DNA of 64,000 nucleotides from Eledone cirrhosa (lineage: Eukaryota), in NCBI GenBank assembly GCA_964016885.1, contig OZ024743.1, forward strand, positions 336,660,001-336,724,000, in the 5' to 3' direction. This document shows positions 1-13,200 of the stretch, one piece after another. The translations under genes and the position numbers were made by a program. Numbering within the stretch: the first letter of the stretch is position 1; the number at the start of each line of letters is the position of its first letter. The notes under the pieces were generated by a model. The model was not told the DNA's origin, searched no databases, and worked only from the letters and a program-made list of their open reading frames with translations.

Positions 1-1437
1 CGCCAAATACATCGAGGCGATCGGCACTACACTAAGAGAATACGAAGCGGTGACAGGAGCAATGATCAACCAGGGACGAGGTGACGAGCAGGGTGGCTTC
101 TCTAACCCAGAAATAGGCGGAGAGGAAGCTATCCCTGAAAGGTCGAGCGGAGGTGGCTAACGCGTACATCGCGTCCGGCATCTACTACCGCCTGACCGTC
201 GTAACTTGTCCTAAGCCCCACTTACTGCGCTGGAGCGTTTGCTCTTTCGCTTTTTGTGGAAGGGACGCGCTCCGATGATCAGGCGGTCCATCTGCTGTCA
301 ACACCCACTACGTGGAGGACTGGACATGCCGTGGCTGGTGATGCGCAGACACGCGCTCAGGCTACAACATCTCCACCTCTTCCTTGACGGTGATCAGGTG
401 TGGTCGCGTTTTGCTAGACGCGTCTTTTCCCAGATCGTCTCCTTGACCGAGCTGCAGTCCTGGGTCAAGCGAAGACCGAGAGGGAGCGCTTGGAGACTGG
501 AATGTCTTCAGGCGCTCACAGTCCTCGACGAATCGGGCAATGTGACCGGTGAAAACTCCACCTTGGCGTTCTATAGAGGATTAGTGGAGGGGAAGAGCGA
601 CGACGTACTTGGAGAAACTCTAGGCGTCGACGAAAATCAACTAGCCAATCTCTTCGGAAGAACTTTCGGGCCGGGGCCTATGGACAATTTCCAGAAATCC
701 CTCGTCTGGCAGTGCTACCGAGGAGCTTTGCCAGTTCGGGATAAACTCTACAGGCATAGAGGTGCCGTCAGCCGAGCATGTCCGAGATGCGCGTAGGGCT
801 TAGATACCGTCCTGCACGCACTCGTCCAGTGCCCGAGCATTGCTGACTTGTGGGCTTATGTCGAACACCTGCTGTCACGTGTAGGACGGATCCAGTTATC
901 AGCTGAGTCCATCGTGAGGATTGCCCCGCCGTCTTCCTTTAGCCGGGAAGGGCAGGCAGTTTTTATCTGTCTGGTGGCCATGGCGAAAGAGATAGTATGG
1001 TGGACACGTTTGAAAGGGTTGAAGACGAGCACTTACCTCTTGGGTGATGCCCTGATTAACTTTTTCAAATTTCATTTGAAAATTAAATCAGGGTAGAAAG
1101 GTAAGTGCTCTCTTCCCAGCATTTTGTTTAAAGATGGGTGAGGTAGGCAAGTATGGCCCGAGTGAATGGGCCTACTCTGAGTATGTGTCTCTAAATTAAA
1201 GGTGGAAAACTGGGAGAGGGCACTTGCTCTGGTGGTCAGCGTCACTGTGGCCTTTTAATGGGCTTTATCCACAAATGTCCCTCGGAAGTTTCCCCCCTAT
1301 TGGGGAATTTTTCATTGTTATTTTTTTGTTACATCCTCTGTTTTTGTTTTTTTTACACGCTGAAATGCCCATTTGTACCGTCCTGTACTGTCCTGAATGT
1401 CTACTTTATGTAAACCCATGTGGTTAATAACGAAAGC
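1..1437 (+). mobile_element. Tx1-like non-LTR retrotransposon copy 0: decayed 3' part (end of RT, C-terminal CCHC region, 3'UTR); 5' part lies outside the window
   Basis: Near-identical to the 3' part of ORF2 in the later copies. Has an ~140 bp deletion at ~74 and premature stops (TAG at ~114 and 794-796). Ends directly in (TTA)n. Confidence 0.92.
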
Positions 1438-1461
1438 ATTATTATTATTATTATTATTATT
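1438..1461. repeat. (TTA)n microsatellite spacer/target
   Basis: Direct reading. Confidence 0.95.
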
Positions 1462-1979
1462 CTTTGAGTCTCAGTCATTGATGTTAGTTAACTGGAAAGT
1501 TTGTTGAAATGAATATCAAGCCACTACCTGCAGCCTCAGATATTCAGGACGTATCGGAGGGTTCTTGCTGTTCCCAGCAAGCATGCCTTTTGAAGCGTTC
1601 CAAAAAGCGTGAAGGGGCCAATTTTCTTTAACCATCTCTGGAAACTTTTTGAGATAGTCCCTAGTGCGCCTATGACAATCGGGATCACTTTGACTCCATG
1701 GCAGTTCCAAATCCTTTTTACCTCCTACTTTAAGTCCTGGTATCGGTTAATTTTCTCCCTCTCCTTCTCTTGCACTCTCGTGTAGAATGGGCAGGCCACA
1801 TCCACAATCAGACACGATCTTTTTTCTTTGTCCACAACCACCAGGTCAGGTCTATTGTGTTCCAGTTTCTTGTCCGTCTGTATCCTAAAATCCCACAGCA
1901 CCTTCACCTGATCGTTTTCTATCACCGACTCTGGCTTATGCACATACCACTTCTCAGAATGTGATAAATTTGTTTACTT
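1462..1979 (-). mobile_element. 5'-truncated R4/Dong-like element (RLE domain end + 3'UTR)
   Basis: ORF 1725..1943 has VLWDFRIQTD..RPDLVVVDK..IVDVACP, matching the C-terminus of the 14086..17478 ORF. (TTA)n on both sides. Confidence 0.92.
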
Positions 1980-2211
1980 ATTATTATTATTATTATTATT
2001 ATTGGCGACCTACGTAGGAAATCGTATTATCGTGAGCTCCGCAAAGGTTTGTTATTTCCGTTTGTTTAAAAATTGCCATTTATGGAAAATTTTATTGTTA
2101 ACTGTTTATAAGCACACATACATTGTTTTCCGAAAAGGACACCCAAAAAGATTGGGGCCTTGTGCCCAAAATTTTAACTTTTATTATTATCCAAAAATTT
2201 CTTTGAAAAAA

Positions 2212-4201
2212 ATGGCTAATTCCCCTCTGCACGAAGCAGCTGAAAGCCTTCCTCACAAAATAACACCTCACACCGACACCACCATTGTAAATGTTACTAC
2301 GTTTACCAACACAAAAAAAAATATAAGCAGTAGCAATATTTTAAATTTGTCTCAGGCAGACATTCATTTCCCGCCATTACCAATGACTGCAGGTGTTAAA
2401 GCCTCCACCACCACCACCACCGCGACAACCACCACCCCCACCACCACCGCGACAACAGAAACAAAAGAAGAAAAAAATAAATTAACTCGTGATGTCGAAA
2501 TGAAATCAAGCAAAATGGACTCTTCCGCACCAAAGACGAATGACGTCACCACAACTGAAATAAAAATTAAGATTAACACAAATAACGATAGCAACAACAA
2601 CAACAATGACATTATAAAACCGACCCTCAGTTTCGCCATCGTAGCAAAACAATTCGAAGCGTTCACGGTAACTCAAGAAGATTTAGAAAATGCCAAACAG
2701 ATGGTAAAGAAAGATGGGTACAGGGCCAGCCTCACCCCCCCCCCCCCACCTAATAAAATGGAGCATCGGCGCCTGTGCACCGTGTCGTATAGAACAATAA
2801 ATGTAAAATCGCGCCGAGTGGAACGGGCATCCGAGTCCCAAATCCAAAAAGCTTTGGGACATGTGTGGGCAAGAAAAACCCACATAAGACGTGGGCAAAA
2901 GTATGGAACCGTGGATGTGTTCTTTGAAACACCAGAGGAGGCTAGAGAACACTCCATGGCCCCATTAAAAAGTGACGACCTCATACTCGTCCCAAGCTAT
3001 TGTGGCCAGAGACTCGTAAAGATCAGGGTGACCCACGTTCCACCGGCCATCGAAATTCCCTGGCTAATAGCGGCTGTCCTCGCCGGCATCGAAGCCAACA
3101 CGAAAATAATAGCAGTAGCAAAAGAAAAGCAGGAAAACTGGTCCGGATCTGGGATGGAGCTCCTGATCCAAGCGGACCAAAAAAGCATTGAGGAGATCCC
3201 AGAGGTAATAGACCTCACTGACGGCAGCCACCTCACGGTAATTGTCGAGGGCAGAAGACCTAGGTGTGTCGTTTGTGGTGAAGGAACCCACCTAAGGGCT
3301 TTCTGCCCTCAGGCTAAAAGGTTGAGGCCACCTCTCCTACCCACCCCAGTGACACAACCATCAACACCACCAGTAGCAGAGATGGCAGCAACAACTGTAG
3401 CAGCAACAACAGAAGCAACTATAACAGCAACAACCCCAGCAACAGTAGCAAAACCAACACCACTACCACCACCAGCAAAACCAACACCACCACCACCCAA
3501 CGCTTCAGAACTAGCACCAGCGCCTACACCATCCACCACACCACAACCAAAACTAACGGCTGTGGAGGATTTTCCACTCGCCGGCCTATCACAACTGGAG
3601 ACAGATTGTGACGACGAGGAGTGGGAAACAATATCCGGAAAAAAAAAAAGAAACCAAAAAAGAAAAAATTCTCTTCCTTCCCCCTCCAAAAACAAAATAC
3701 AGAGGGAAACAAATAAACTAAGAAACAAAAAAGTTAGGACAGATATGCCACCATCCACACCAGCATCACCAACCCCATCAACCCAAACACCAACACCATC
3801 ACCATCATTATCCCCAGCACCACCATCACCTACACCACAAAAGTCACCAAAATGCGAAACAGAAACAAACCCACAACAAACGCAAACAAAACAACCAAAA
3901 CGATACACACTACACAGCATTAAATTTGAACAACAAGCAATTATTACACTACATCCAACACAACACCAGCATCACAGAAAAAGACTACACAACAACCCCA
4001 AAATTCACACCACCTCCACACATACAAATCACTCGCATCACACAGAAAACGTACATGACACTAAAACAAAAATTCCCCAAAGACATCGGAGACTTCCGAC
4101 AAGCACTCTCCAGGAGGATTTATAAGGACATCCTTCCTGAGGAGGCCACAAGCAGTGAAAAGGATGGAAAAGCCGTCCTTCCCCTACGAGAAGTAAGGTA
4201 A
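2212..4201 (+). pseudogene. ORF1 type A (gag-like: putative RRM-like region, CCHC knuckle, Pro/Thr-rich tail), frameshifted at ~3900-3925
   Basis: CVVCGEGTHLRAFC knuckle. ORF 3926..4201 (NKQLLHYIQHNT..) is homologous to the type B ORF1 C-terminus (NKKLMTYIIEHT..). Confidence 0.85.
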
Positions 4202-4235
4202 GTGGTCTTTCCCATCTTTTCCACTCCTTTTCAAC

Positions 4236-7200
4236 ATGACCTCACTCAGTATAGGCAGCATAAATGCGCGTGGCTTGGGGTCGTCATGGAAGCAGGGCCA
4301 CCTGCTCAACGACCTCAGGTCACTAAACATAGATGTAGTGGCCATCAGCGAGACCAGAATCTCCGAAGCACAGGCTTTCGCACCGATCTTCGGCGGCTAC
4401 GATGTGTACGCATCTCCCAGCCGTCCGGGATCGGGGTGAGGAGTTGCTGTGCTTTTTCGGAGAGGTTTGGATCTCGCCATACGGGCCATCTTCCTGAACC
4501 CAGAACGTAAGTTGGTGGTGCTGGACGTGACCAGCGGAGACGGGAAAGCTTTCAGGCTAGTGGCCGTCTATGCCCCGACAGGAGCAGGGCAGGGAGCCTG
4601 ATTTCTTCCGGCGCCTGGAGACCTTTCTTGGAACGTCCCGCTCTTTAGTGTTAGTGGGCGACTGGAACGGGATCTTAGATGCACGCTGGGATTGTGTGGG
4701 ATTAGTGGATAGGGAAGGAGGGTGCAAGAGTCTCACCAACCTGCTCAGACGTTTTGAACTGTCTGACAGGTACCGAATGGATTTCCCGAATGTACCAATG
4801 TGGACTTGGACAAATCGCATAGGGTCATCCAGATCATATCTAGATAGAGTATTTTGTAGGGAAATAGATAGGTCTAGCATAGGCTGTCCACAATTCAAGA
4901 TAGTCAGCTACACGGACCACAAATTCGTGATCTGTGTGCTTGACTTAGATAGGCTTCATAGACAAGGACCCGGCTACTGGAAGCTAAACGCGTCCTTACC
5001 AGCGCACAAGGCCTACAGAGACCGGATTAGCGAACTAGTTAAGCGGGCGTTGACGGGGGCCATCGTCAACAACAAGTGGTGGTTTGCTCTGAAAAGAGCA
5101 ATTAGAATAGAGTCCATTAGGTATAGTAAGACTTTAGCAATAGAGAAAAATAGAGCAGAGGGAGAATTAGTTAGAAAATTAGATGAGGCGCTTAGCAAAG
5201 GCATCGCGACCGACGTACTTGCGGCGAAATTGGCCCTTGACCAATTCTTCAATGCAAAGCACGAAGGCTGCGTTGTCAGAGCTAGGGTGCGTGCTCTCAG
5301 ACACGAGGGGACGAAAGCCGTTCAATGGGCCCGAGTGGCGGAGGCGCGTCGTGGCAACAAAGCCACGATCCGGTCTTTGGTGGACCACGACGGGCGCATG
5401 CTACTCGATCCCGGGCAAATGTGTGAAGCTTTTCAGCGACACTTCGCTCAACTGTTCGGGGGCAGTGGCGGGCCGGATCGAGGGATGGACTTTAGTGTCT
5501 ACCTCGACGGACTGCCGCGGCTTTCGGCCACTGAGGCGGAGTGTTGCGAAAAGCCGATAACAACCGCTGAAGTACGGGATGCAATGACTAGTTGCACAAG
5601 GGGTAAATCGCCTGGTTTGGATGGTCTGCCCTATGAACTTTACGTACAAATGCCAAACTTGTTCGGAGGCCTCTTGGCGGACGTCTACTGCAACTGGCAA
5701 CAGAACGGGAGAATTCCCAGCTCTGTGAGCCGAGGAGCGGTGGCGCTGCTGAGAAAGGATCCGAACAAGGGGGATAACATAGATAATTTTAGGCCCATAA
5801 CTCTGCTAAACACAGAGTTCAAGATTTTGGCCAAGGTGCTAGCAAAGAGGTTGGCGCTTGTCGTTGGTGGTCTGGTGGGAGAGGCACAGACATGCGCCAT
5901 TCCCGACAGATCCATCCACGACAACCTCCACCTCATGCGATACATCGTAGAGAGGGTAGCTAGGGAACCTGGCACGGGTGGGTCTTTGATCAATTTAGAT
6001 CAGTCGAAAGCCTTCGATAGGGTCGACCATCGTTACCTAACGGCAGTCCTGAGGGCGGCTGGCTTTGGGCCCGTCTTCAGAGGCTGGATCGCTGCCATGC
6101 ACAGCGACATCTGCTCTGTAGTGAGAGTGAACGGTCACCTTTCGGAACCGTTCAACATCATGCGCTCGGTCCGCCAAGGATGTCCCCTCTCGTCCCTATT
6201 GTACGTATTGACTCTCGAGCCATTACTGCACAAACTGGAGACGTTGAGGGGGGTCCCGCGCGAACTAGGATGCGGAAGATCCGTGTCAGCATATGCCGAC
6301 GATGTCACCGTAGTGGTGTCGAACGCCAAACACATCGAGGCGATCGGCACTACACTAAGAGAATACGAAGCGGTGACAGGAGCAATGATCAACCAGGAAA
6401 AGTCAGTGGGCCTGCAGCTCGGCACCTGGAGAGGCAGGTCCATGCCGTCCAACAGCGTCGTCGGGCGCTGGACGGACGGACCGGTTAAATTGCTAGGGGT
6501 CTGGTTCGGTCCAGACCTCCAGACGGACAAAAACTGGGACGAGGTGACGAGCAGGGTGGCTTCTCTCACCCAGAAATGGGCCGAGAGGAAGCTATCCCTG
6601 AAAGGTCGAGCGGAGGTGGCGAATGCGTACATCGCATCCGTCATCTACTACCGCCTGACCGTCGTACCTTGTCCTAAGCCCCGCCTGACTGCGCTGGAGC
6701 GTTTGCTCTTTCGCTTCTTGTGGAAGGGACGCGCTCCGATGGTCAGGCGGTCCATCTGCTGTCAACACCCGCTACGTGGAGGGCTGGGCATGCCGTGGCT
6801 GATGATGCGCAGGCACGCGCTCAGGCTACGACATCTCCACCTCTTCCTCGACGGTGATCAGGTGTGGTCGCCGTTTGCTAGACACGTTTTTCCCCAGCTC
6901 GTCTCCTTGGCGGAGCTGCAGTCCTGGGTCAAGCGAAGACCGAGAGGGAGCGCTTGGAGACTGGAATGTCTTCAGGCGCTCACAGCCCTCGACCAATCGG
7001 GCAATGTGATCGGTGGAAACTCCACCTCGGCGTTCTATAGGGGATTAGTGGAGGGGAAGAGCGACGACGTACTTGGAGAAACTCTAGGCGTCGACGAAAA
7101 TCAACTAGCCAATCTCTTCGGAAGGACTTTCGGGCCGGGGCCTATGGACAACTTCCAGAAATCCCTGGCCTGGCAGTGCTACCGAGGAGCTTTGCCAGTT

Positions 7201-7659
7201 CGGGATAAACTCTACAGGCATGGAGGTGCCGTCAGCCGGGCATGTCCGAGATGCGCGCAGGGCGACGAAACCGTCCTGCACGCACTCGTCCAGTGTCCGA
7301 GCATTGCTGACTTGTGGGTTTATGTCGAACACCTGCTGTCACGTGTAGGACGGATCCAGCTATCAGCTGAGTCCATCGTGAGGATTGCCCCGCCCCCTTC
7401 CTTTAGCCTGGAAGGGCAGGCAGTTTTTATCTGTCTGGTGGCCATGGCGAAAGAGATAGTATGGTGGACACGTTTGAAAGGGCTGAAGACGAGCACTTAC
7501 CTCTTCGGTGATGCCCTGATTAACTTTTTCAAATTTCATTTGAAAAGGAAAATCAGGGTAGAGAGGGAAGTGCTCTCTTCCCAGCATTTTGTTGAAAGTT
7601 GGGTGAGAGAAGCAAGTATGGCCCGAATGAATGGGCCTTCTCTGAGTATGTGTCTGTAA
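4236..7659 (+). pseudogene. ORF2 (APE endonuclease + RT + CCHC) with TGA at 4437-4439 and a 4-nt insertion at ~4590
   Basis: Comparison with intact 10277..13696. Motifs INARGL, GDWN, TDH, QGCPLS, YADD. Confidence 0.92.
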
Positions 7660-8143
7660 ATTAAAGGTGGAAAACTGGGAGAGGGCACTTGCCCTGGTGG
7701 TCAGGGCCACTGTGGTCTTTTAATGGGCTTTCTCCACAAATGTCCCTTGGAAGTCTCCCCCCTATTGGGGAATTTTTCTTTGTTATTTTATTTCAACCTC
7801 TGTTTTTTTACACGCAGAAATGCCCATTTGTACCGTCCTGTATTGTCCTGTACTGTCCTTAATGTCTACTTTATGTGAACCCTTGTGGTTAATAAAGAAA
7901 ACATTATTATTATTATTATTATTATTATTGAATGCCATGGTTGACGGAGGCTCGGCTCTGTAAGGTATAGTAATTTTTAACCGTTAAAACAATTGTAAAT
8001 TGTTTAAAACTTGAACCAAATTGTTGATAAAGACACCCTCCTCCTCGTGAGAGGGGTCTTTCTGTCCGTTATTTGGCCCTTCGGGGTTAAATAACCAGTT
8101 ATTGGGGTTTTGTACCCAATATTCATTTTAAACAAAAAACAAC

Positions 8144-10241
8144 ATGGCTACGAAAAAGAAATTTCATACGTCACTCCCACTCATTCCGTCTTCTTCTTCC
8201 TCAATCATCACTACAGCAGAGAGAAGATTGTCTCTCTCCCTCCCTTCTTTAAATGTGTATCTCTCCCTCCCTTCTCTTTCGCAAGTGACGAAAGAAAAGA
8301 AAAGTCTCGTGCAAAGCGTGCAAGGTTTCTCCACGACGACGACGACAGCGACGAAACAGGTGTGCGGGAAATACGAAAACCCAGTTCATTCGTCTGACGT
8401 CAGGAATAATAGCAGTAGCAGCCGTAATAACAACAGCAACAGTGACAATGAAAACAACAGTAGCAGCCGCAACAGCATCACCAGCAGCATAAACAACAAC
8501 AGTATTAGCAGCAGCAACACTAACAACAACCACAGCAACAGCGGCGGAGGCAGTAGTCGTAGTACATGCAGCAACAACAAAAGTACCAGCAGCTCTGACG
8601 ACAACAACAACAGCAGAGAAAAACCAATCTCATTTGCAGGTATTGCGAAAAACTTGGAAACAATCCTCATAACAAATGAGGAATTAGAGGAAGCGAAGAA
8701 GATGGTGACAAAGAACGGACACCGAGCAATCTGCAAGGCAGCGGAAAAATTTTTCGAAACCCAAGAGCACTGTACGGTCACGTACCGTACAGTAAGTACA
8801 AAATCCCGTAGGGTGGAAAGAGCCACAGAGGCCCAAATACAAAAAGCCTTGGGGTCTGTGTGGCAGCGGAAAACGCACATCACCCGAGGCAAAAAATATG
8901 CCACCGTAGACGTACTTTTTGCCACACCCCAGGAGGCAAAGGCCCAATCAGTAGTGACCCTAAGGAGCGAGGAAATGGTGTTGGTGCCCTCCTACTGCGG
9001 GCAAAAAAATTGTGAGGGTCAAACTGACCCACGTCCCCCCCGGAATGACCCCTTCTTGGCTGGCCGCGTCTGTCCTCGTCGGAATCGAGGACAAAACAAC
9101 TGTACTGCAAGTACAGAAAAAAGTAAGAGAAGATTGGGTCGGCTCCTCCATTGAGATGCTAATCCAAACCAACCAGGAGTGCATCGAAGCTATCCCGGAT
9201 GTGATAGACTTCGATAACGGCACTCAACTGCCCATAAGTGTTGAGGGCAAACGCCCGAAATGCTTTCGCTGTGGATCGAAGACTCACCTCAGGGCCTTCT
9301 GCAACGAGAAGACCCTGAGAAAGGAGAAAACCCCCCTCCTTCCGAATCCGGCTCCACGGCTACCAGCAACAGGACAAGCGGCAACCAGGAACGATAGGCC
9401 CGTGGCACCCATACCCACTCCACGGAAATCAAAAACAGCAGCAGCAGTGGAAATACTAACAACAACAACAGCAATACCAAATGCAGCTGCAACAGAGACT
9501 CCAGTGCAAACATCACCAACAACAACAAGTGAAAGAGTGGAGCTGGTACCCCTCCCCGACCTCACAGAATCAGACATGGAGTGTGAGGTGGGAGAGAGAT
9601 GGCAAAAGGTCGTAAGAAGGCACAAACGCAGAAGCAGCGCATCGTCGCCTTTGAAAAGGGAGGAAAGAAATGAGAAAAGGGTAAAGTCTACTGCAAAGAG
9701 ACCCACAGCAGCAACAACACCAACACCATCACCACCCACACTAGCGCCACCATCACCACCGGCGACAACCCCACCGCCAACAACACCTTCAACACCACCA
9801 CCACAAGCACCAACATCGCAAACACAACAACAAAACACACACACCCAGCAACAACGACAAGAAAATAGCAGAACTACACCCCACCCCCAGAAAAACAAAT
9901 GCACGGCAATAAATACACACAACAAGAAACTAATGACTTACATAATTGAACACACAGACATTTCACAACAGGACTACATAATACCAGCACCAATCAAAAC
10001 GCCAACTAACATAAGACTGCTAAAAATAGCACAGAAACAATACACAAATATTAAAACGAAATTCCCCAACGCAGTTGGTGATTTCAGGGACCTAGGAGGA
10101 ACCATCAATCGAAGAGTATACTCAGACATTCTCTTAGAAGAGCCGACGACCAGCCGAAGGGACGATTCAACGGTCCCTTCACCAGACGATCAAGTGAAAA
10201 GGGATGTAAAAACCATCCCTCCTCTACCAAAAGTACGGTAA
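8144..10241 (+). pseudogene. ORF1 type B with +1 frameshift in an A-run at 9003-9009 (A7 vs A6; could be a sequencing error)
   Basis: ORFs 8144..9154 and 9012..10241 together match intact ORF1 17865..19964. CFRCGSKTHLRAFC knuckle. Confidence 0.88.
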
Positions 10242-10276
10242 GTGGTCTTTCCCATCTTTTCCACTCTATTTTAAAC

Positions 10277-13200
10277 ATGACCTCACTCAGAATAGGCAGC
10301 ATAAATGCGCGTGGCTTGGGGTCGTCATGGAAGCAGGGTCACCTGCTCAACGACCTCAGGTCACTAAACATAGATGTAGTGGCCATCAGCGAGACCAGAA
10401 TCTCCGAAGCACGGGCCTTCGCACCGATCTTCGGCGGCTACGATGTGTACGCATCTCCCAGCCGTCCTGGATCCGGTGGAGGAGTTGCTGTACTTTTTCG
10501 GAGAGGTTTGGATCTCGCCATACGGGCCATCTTCCTGGACCCAGAGGGTAAGCTGGTGGTGCTGGACGTGACCAGCGGAGACGGGCAAGCTTTCAGGCTA
10601 GTGGCCGTCTATGCCCCGACAGGAGCAGGGCGGCCTGATTTCTTCCGGCGTCTGGAGACCTTTCTTGGAACGTCGCGCTCTTTAGTGTTAGTGGGCGACT
10701 GGAACGGGATCTTAGATGCACGCTGGGACTGTGTGGGATTAGCGGATAGGGGTGGAGGGTGCAAGAGCCTCACCAACCTGCTCAGGCGTTTTGAACTGTC
10801 TGACAGGTACCGATTGGATTTCCCGAATGTGCCAATGTGGACTTGGACAAACCGCATAGGGTCATCCAGATCATATCTAGATAGAGTATTTTGTAGGGAA
10901 ATAGATAGGTCTAGCATAGGCTGTCCACAATTCAAGATAGTCAGCTACACGGACCACAAATTCGTGATCTGTGTGCTTGACTTAGATAGGCTTCATAGAC
11001 GAGGACCCGGCTACTGGAAGCTAAACGCGTCCTTACCAGCGCGCAAGGCCTACAGAGACCGGATTAGCGAACTAGTTAAGCGGGCGTTGACGGGGGCCAT
11101 CGTCAACAACAAGTGGTGGTTTGCTCTGAAAAGAGCGATTAGAATAGAATCGATTAGGTTTAGTAAGGCTTTAGCAATAGAGAAAAATAGAGCAGAGGGA
11201 GAACTAGTTAGAAAATTAGACGAGGCGCTTAGCAAAGGCATTGCGACCGACGTGCTTGCGGCGAAATTGGCCCTTGACCAATTCTTCAATGCAAAGCACG
11301 AAGGCTGCGTTGTCAGAGCTAGGGTGCGTGCTCTCAGACACGAGGGGACGAAAGCCGTTCAATGGGCCCGAGTGGCGGAGGCGCGTCGTGGCAACAAAGC
11401 CACGATCCGGTCTTTGGTGGACCACGACGGGCGCATGCTACTCGATCCCGGGCAAATGTGTGAAGCTTTTCAGCGACACTTCGCTCAGCTGTTCGGGGGC
11501 AGCGGTGGGCCGGGTAGAGGGATGGACTTTAGTGTCTACCTCGACGGACTGCCGCGGCTCTCGGCCACTGAGGCGAAGTGTTGCGAAAAGCCGATAACAG
11601 CCGCTGAAGTAAGGGAGGCAATGACTGGCTGCACAAGGGGTAAATCGCCTGGTTTGGATGGTCTGCCCTATGAACTTTACGTACAGATGCCAGACTTGTT
11701 CGGAGGCCTCTTGGCGGACGTCTACTGCAACTGGCAACAGAACGGGAGAATTCCCAGTTCTGTGAGCCGAGGAGCGGTGGCACTGCTGAGAAAGGATCCG
11801 AACAAGGGGGATAACATAGAAAATTTCCGGCCCATAACTCTGCTAAACACAGAGTTTAAGATTTTGGCCAAGGTGCTAGCAAAGAGGTTGGCGCTTGTCG
11901 TTGGTGGTCTGGTGGGAGAGGCGCAGACATGCGCCATTCCCGACAGATCCATCCACGACAACCTCCACCTCATGCGATACATCGTAGAGAGGGTAGCTAG
12001 GGAACCTGGCACGGGTGGGTCCTTGATCAATTTAGATCAGTCGAAAGCTTTCGATAGGGTCGACCATCGTTACCTAGCGGCAGTCCTGAGGGCGGCTGGC
12101 TTTGGGCCCGTCTTCAGAGGCTGGATCGCTGCCATGCACAGCGACATCTGCTCTGTGGTGAGAGTGAACGGTCACCTGTCGGAACCGTTCAACATCATGC
12201 GCTCGGTCCGCCAAGGATGTCCCCTCTCGTCCCTCTTGTACGTATTGACTCTCGAGCCATTACTGCACAAACTGGAGACGTTGAGGGGAGTCCCGCGCGA
12301 ACTAGGATGCGGAAGATCCGTGTCAGCATATGCGGACGATGTCACCGTAGTGGTGTCGAACGCCAAACACATCGAGGCGATCGGCACTACACTAAGAGAA
12401 TACGAAGCGGGGACAGGAGCAATGATCAACCAGGAAAAGTCGGTGGGCCTGCAGCTCGGCACCTGGAGAGGCAGGTCCATGCCGTCCAACAGCGTCGTCG
12501 GGCGCTGGACGGACGGACCGGTTAAATTGCTAGGGGTCTGGTTCGGTCCGGACCTCCAGACGGACAAAAACTGGGACGAGGTGACGAGCAGGGTGGCTTC
12601 TCTCACCCAGAAATGGGCGGAGAGAAAGCTATCCCTGAAAGGTCGAGCGGAGGTGGCTAACGCGTACATCGCGTCTGTCATCTGCTACCGCCTAACCGTC
12701 GTACCTTGTCCTAAGCCTCGCCTGACTGCGCTGGAGCGTTTGCTCTTTCGCTTTTTGTGGAAGGGACGTGCTCCGATGGTCAGGCGGTCCATCTGTTGTC
12801 AACACCCGCTACGTGGAGGGCTGGGCATGCCGTGGCTGATGATGCGCAGGCACGCGCTCAGGCTACGACATCTCCACCTCTTCCTCGACGGTGATCAGGT
12901 GTGGTCGCCGTTTGCTAGACGCGTTTTTCCCCAGCTCGTTTCCTTGACGGAGCTGCAGTCCTGGGTCAAGCGAAGACCGAGAGGGAGCGCCTGGAGACTG
13001 GAATGTCTTCAGGCGCTCACAGCCCTCGACCAATCGGGCAATGTGATCGGTGGAAACTCCACCTCGGCGTTCTATAGAGGATTAGTGGAGGGGAAGAGCG
13101 ACGACGTACTTGGGGAAACTCTAGGCGTCGACGAAAATCAACTAGCCAATCTCTTCGGAAGAACTTTCGGGCCGGGGCCTATGGACAACTTCCAGAAATC

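Larger units (their letters stand above)
2004..7902 (+). mobile_element. Tx1-like non-LTR retrotransposon, full-length, ORF1 type A, inactivated
   Basis: 5'UTR, ORF1, ORF2 and 3'UTR with AATAAA. Bounded by (TTA)n at 1978-2003 and 7903-7929. Confidence 0.92.

Noticed and set aside
8990-9015. Programmed frameshift in ORF1 of copy B1
   Set aside because: The sister copy has A6 and a continuous ORF; a homopolymer slip or sequencing error is simpler.
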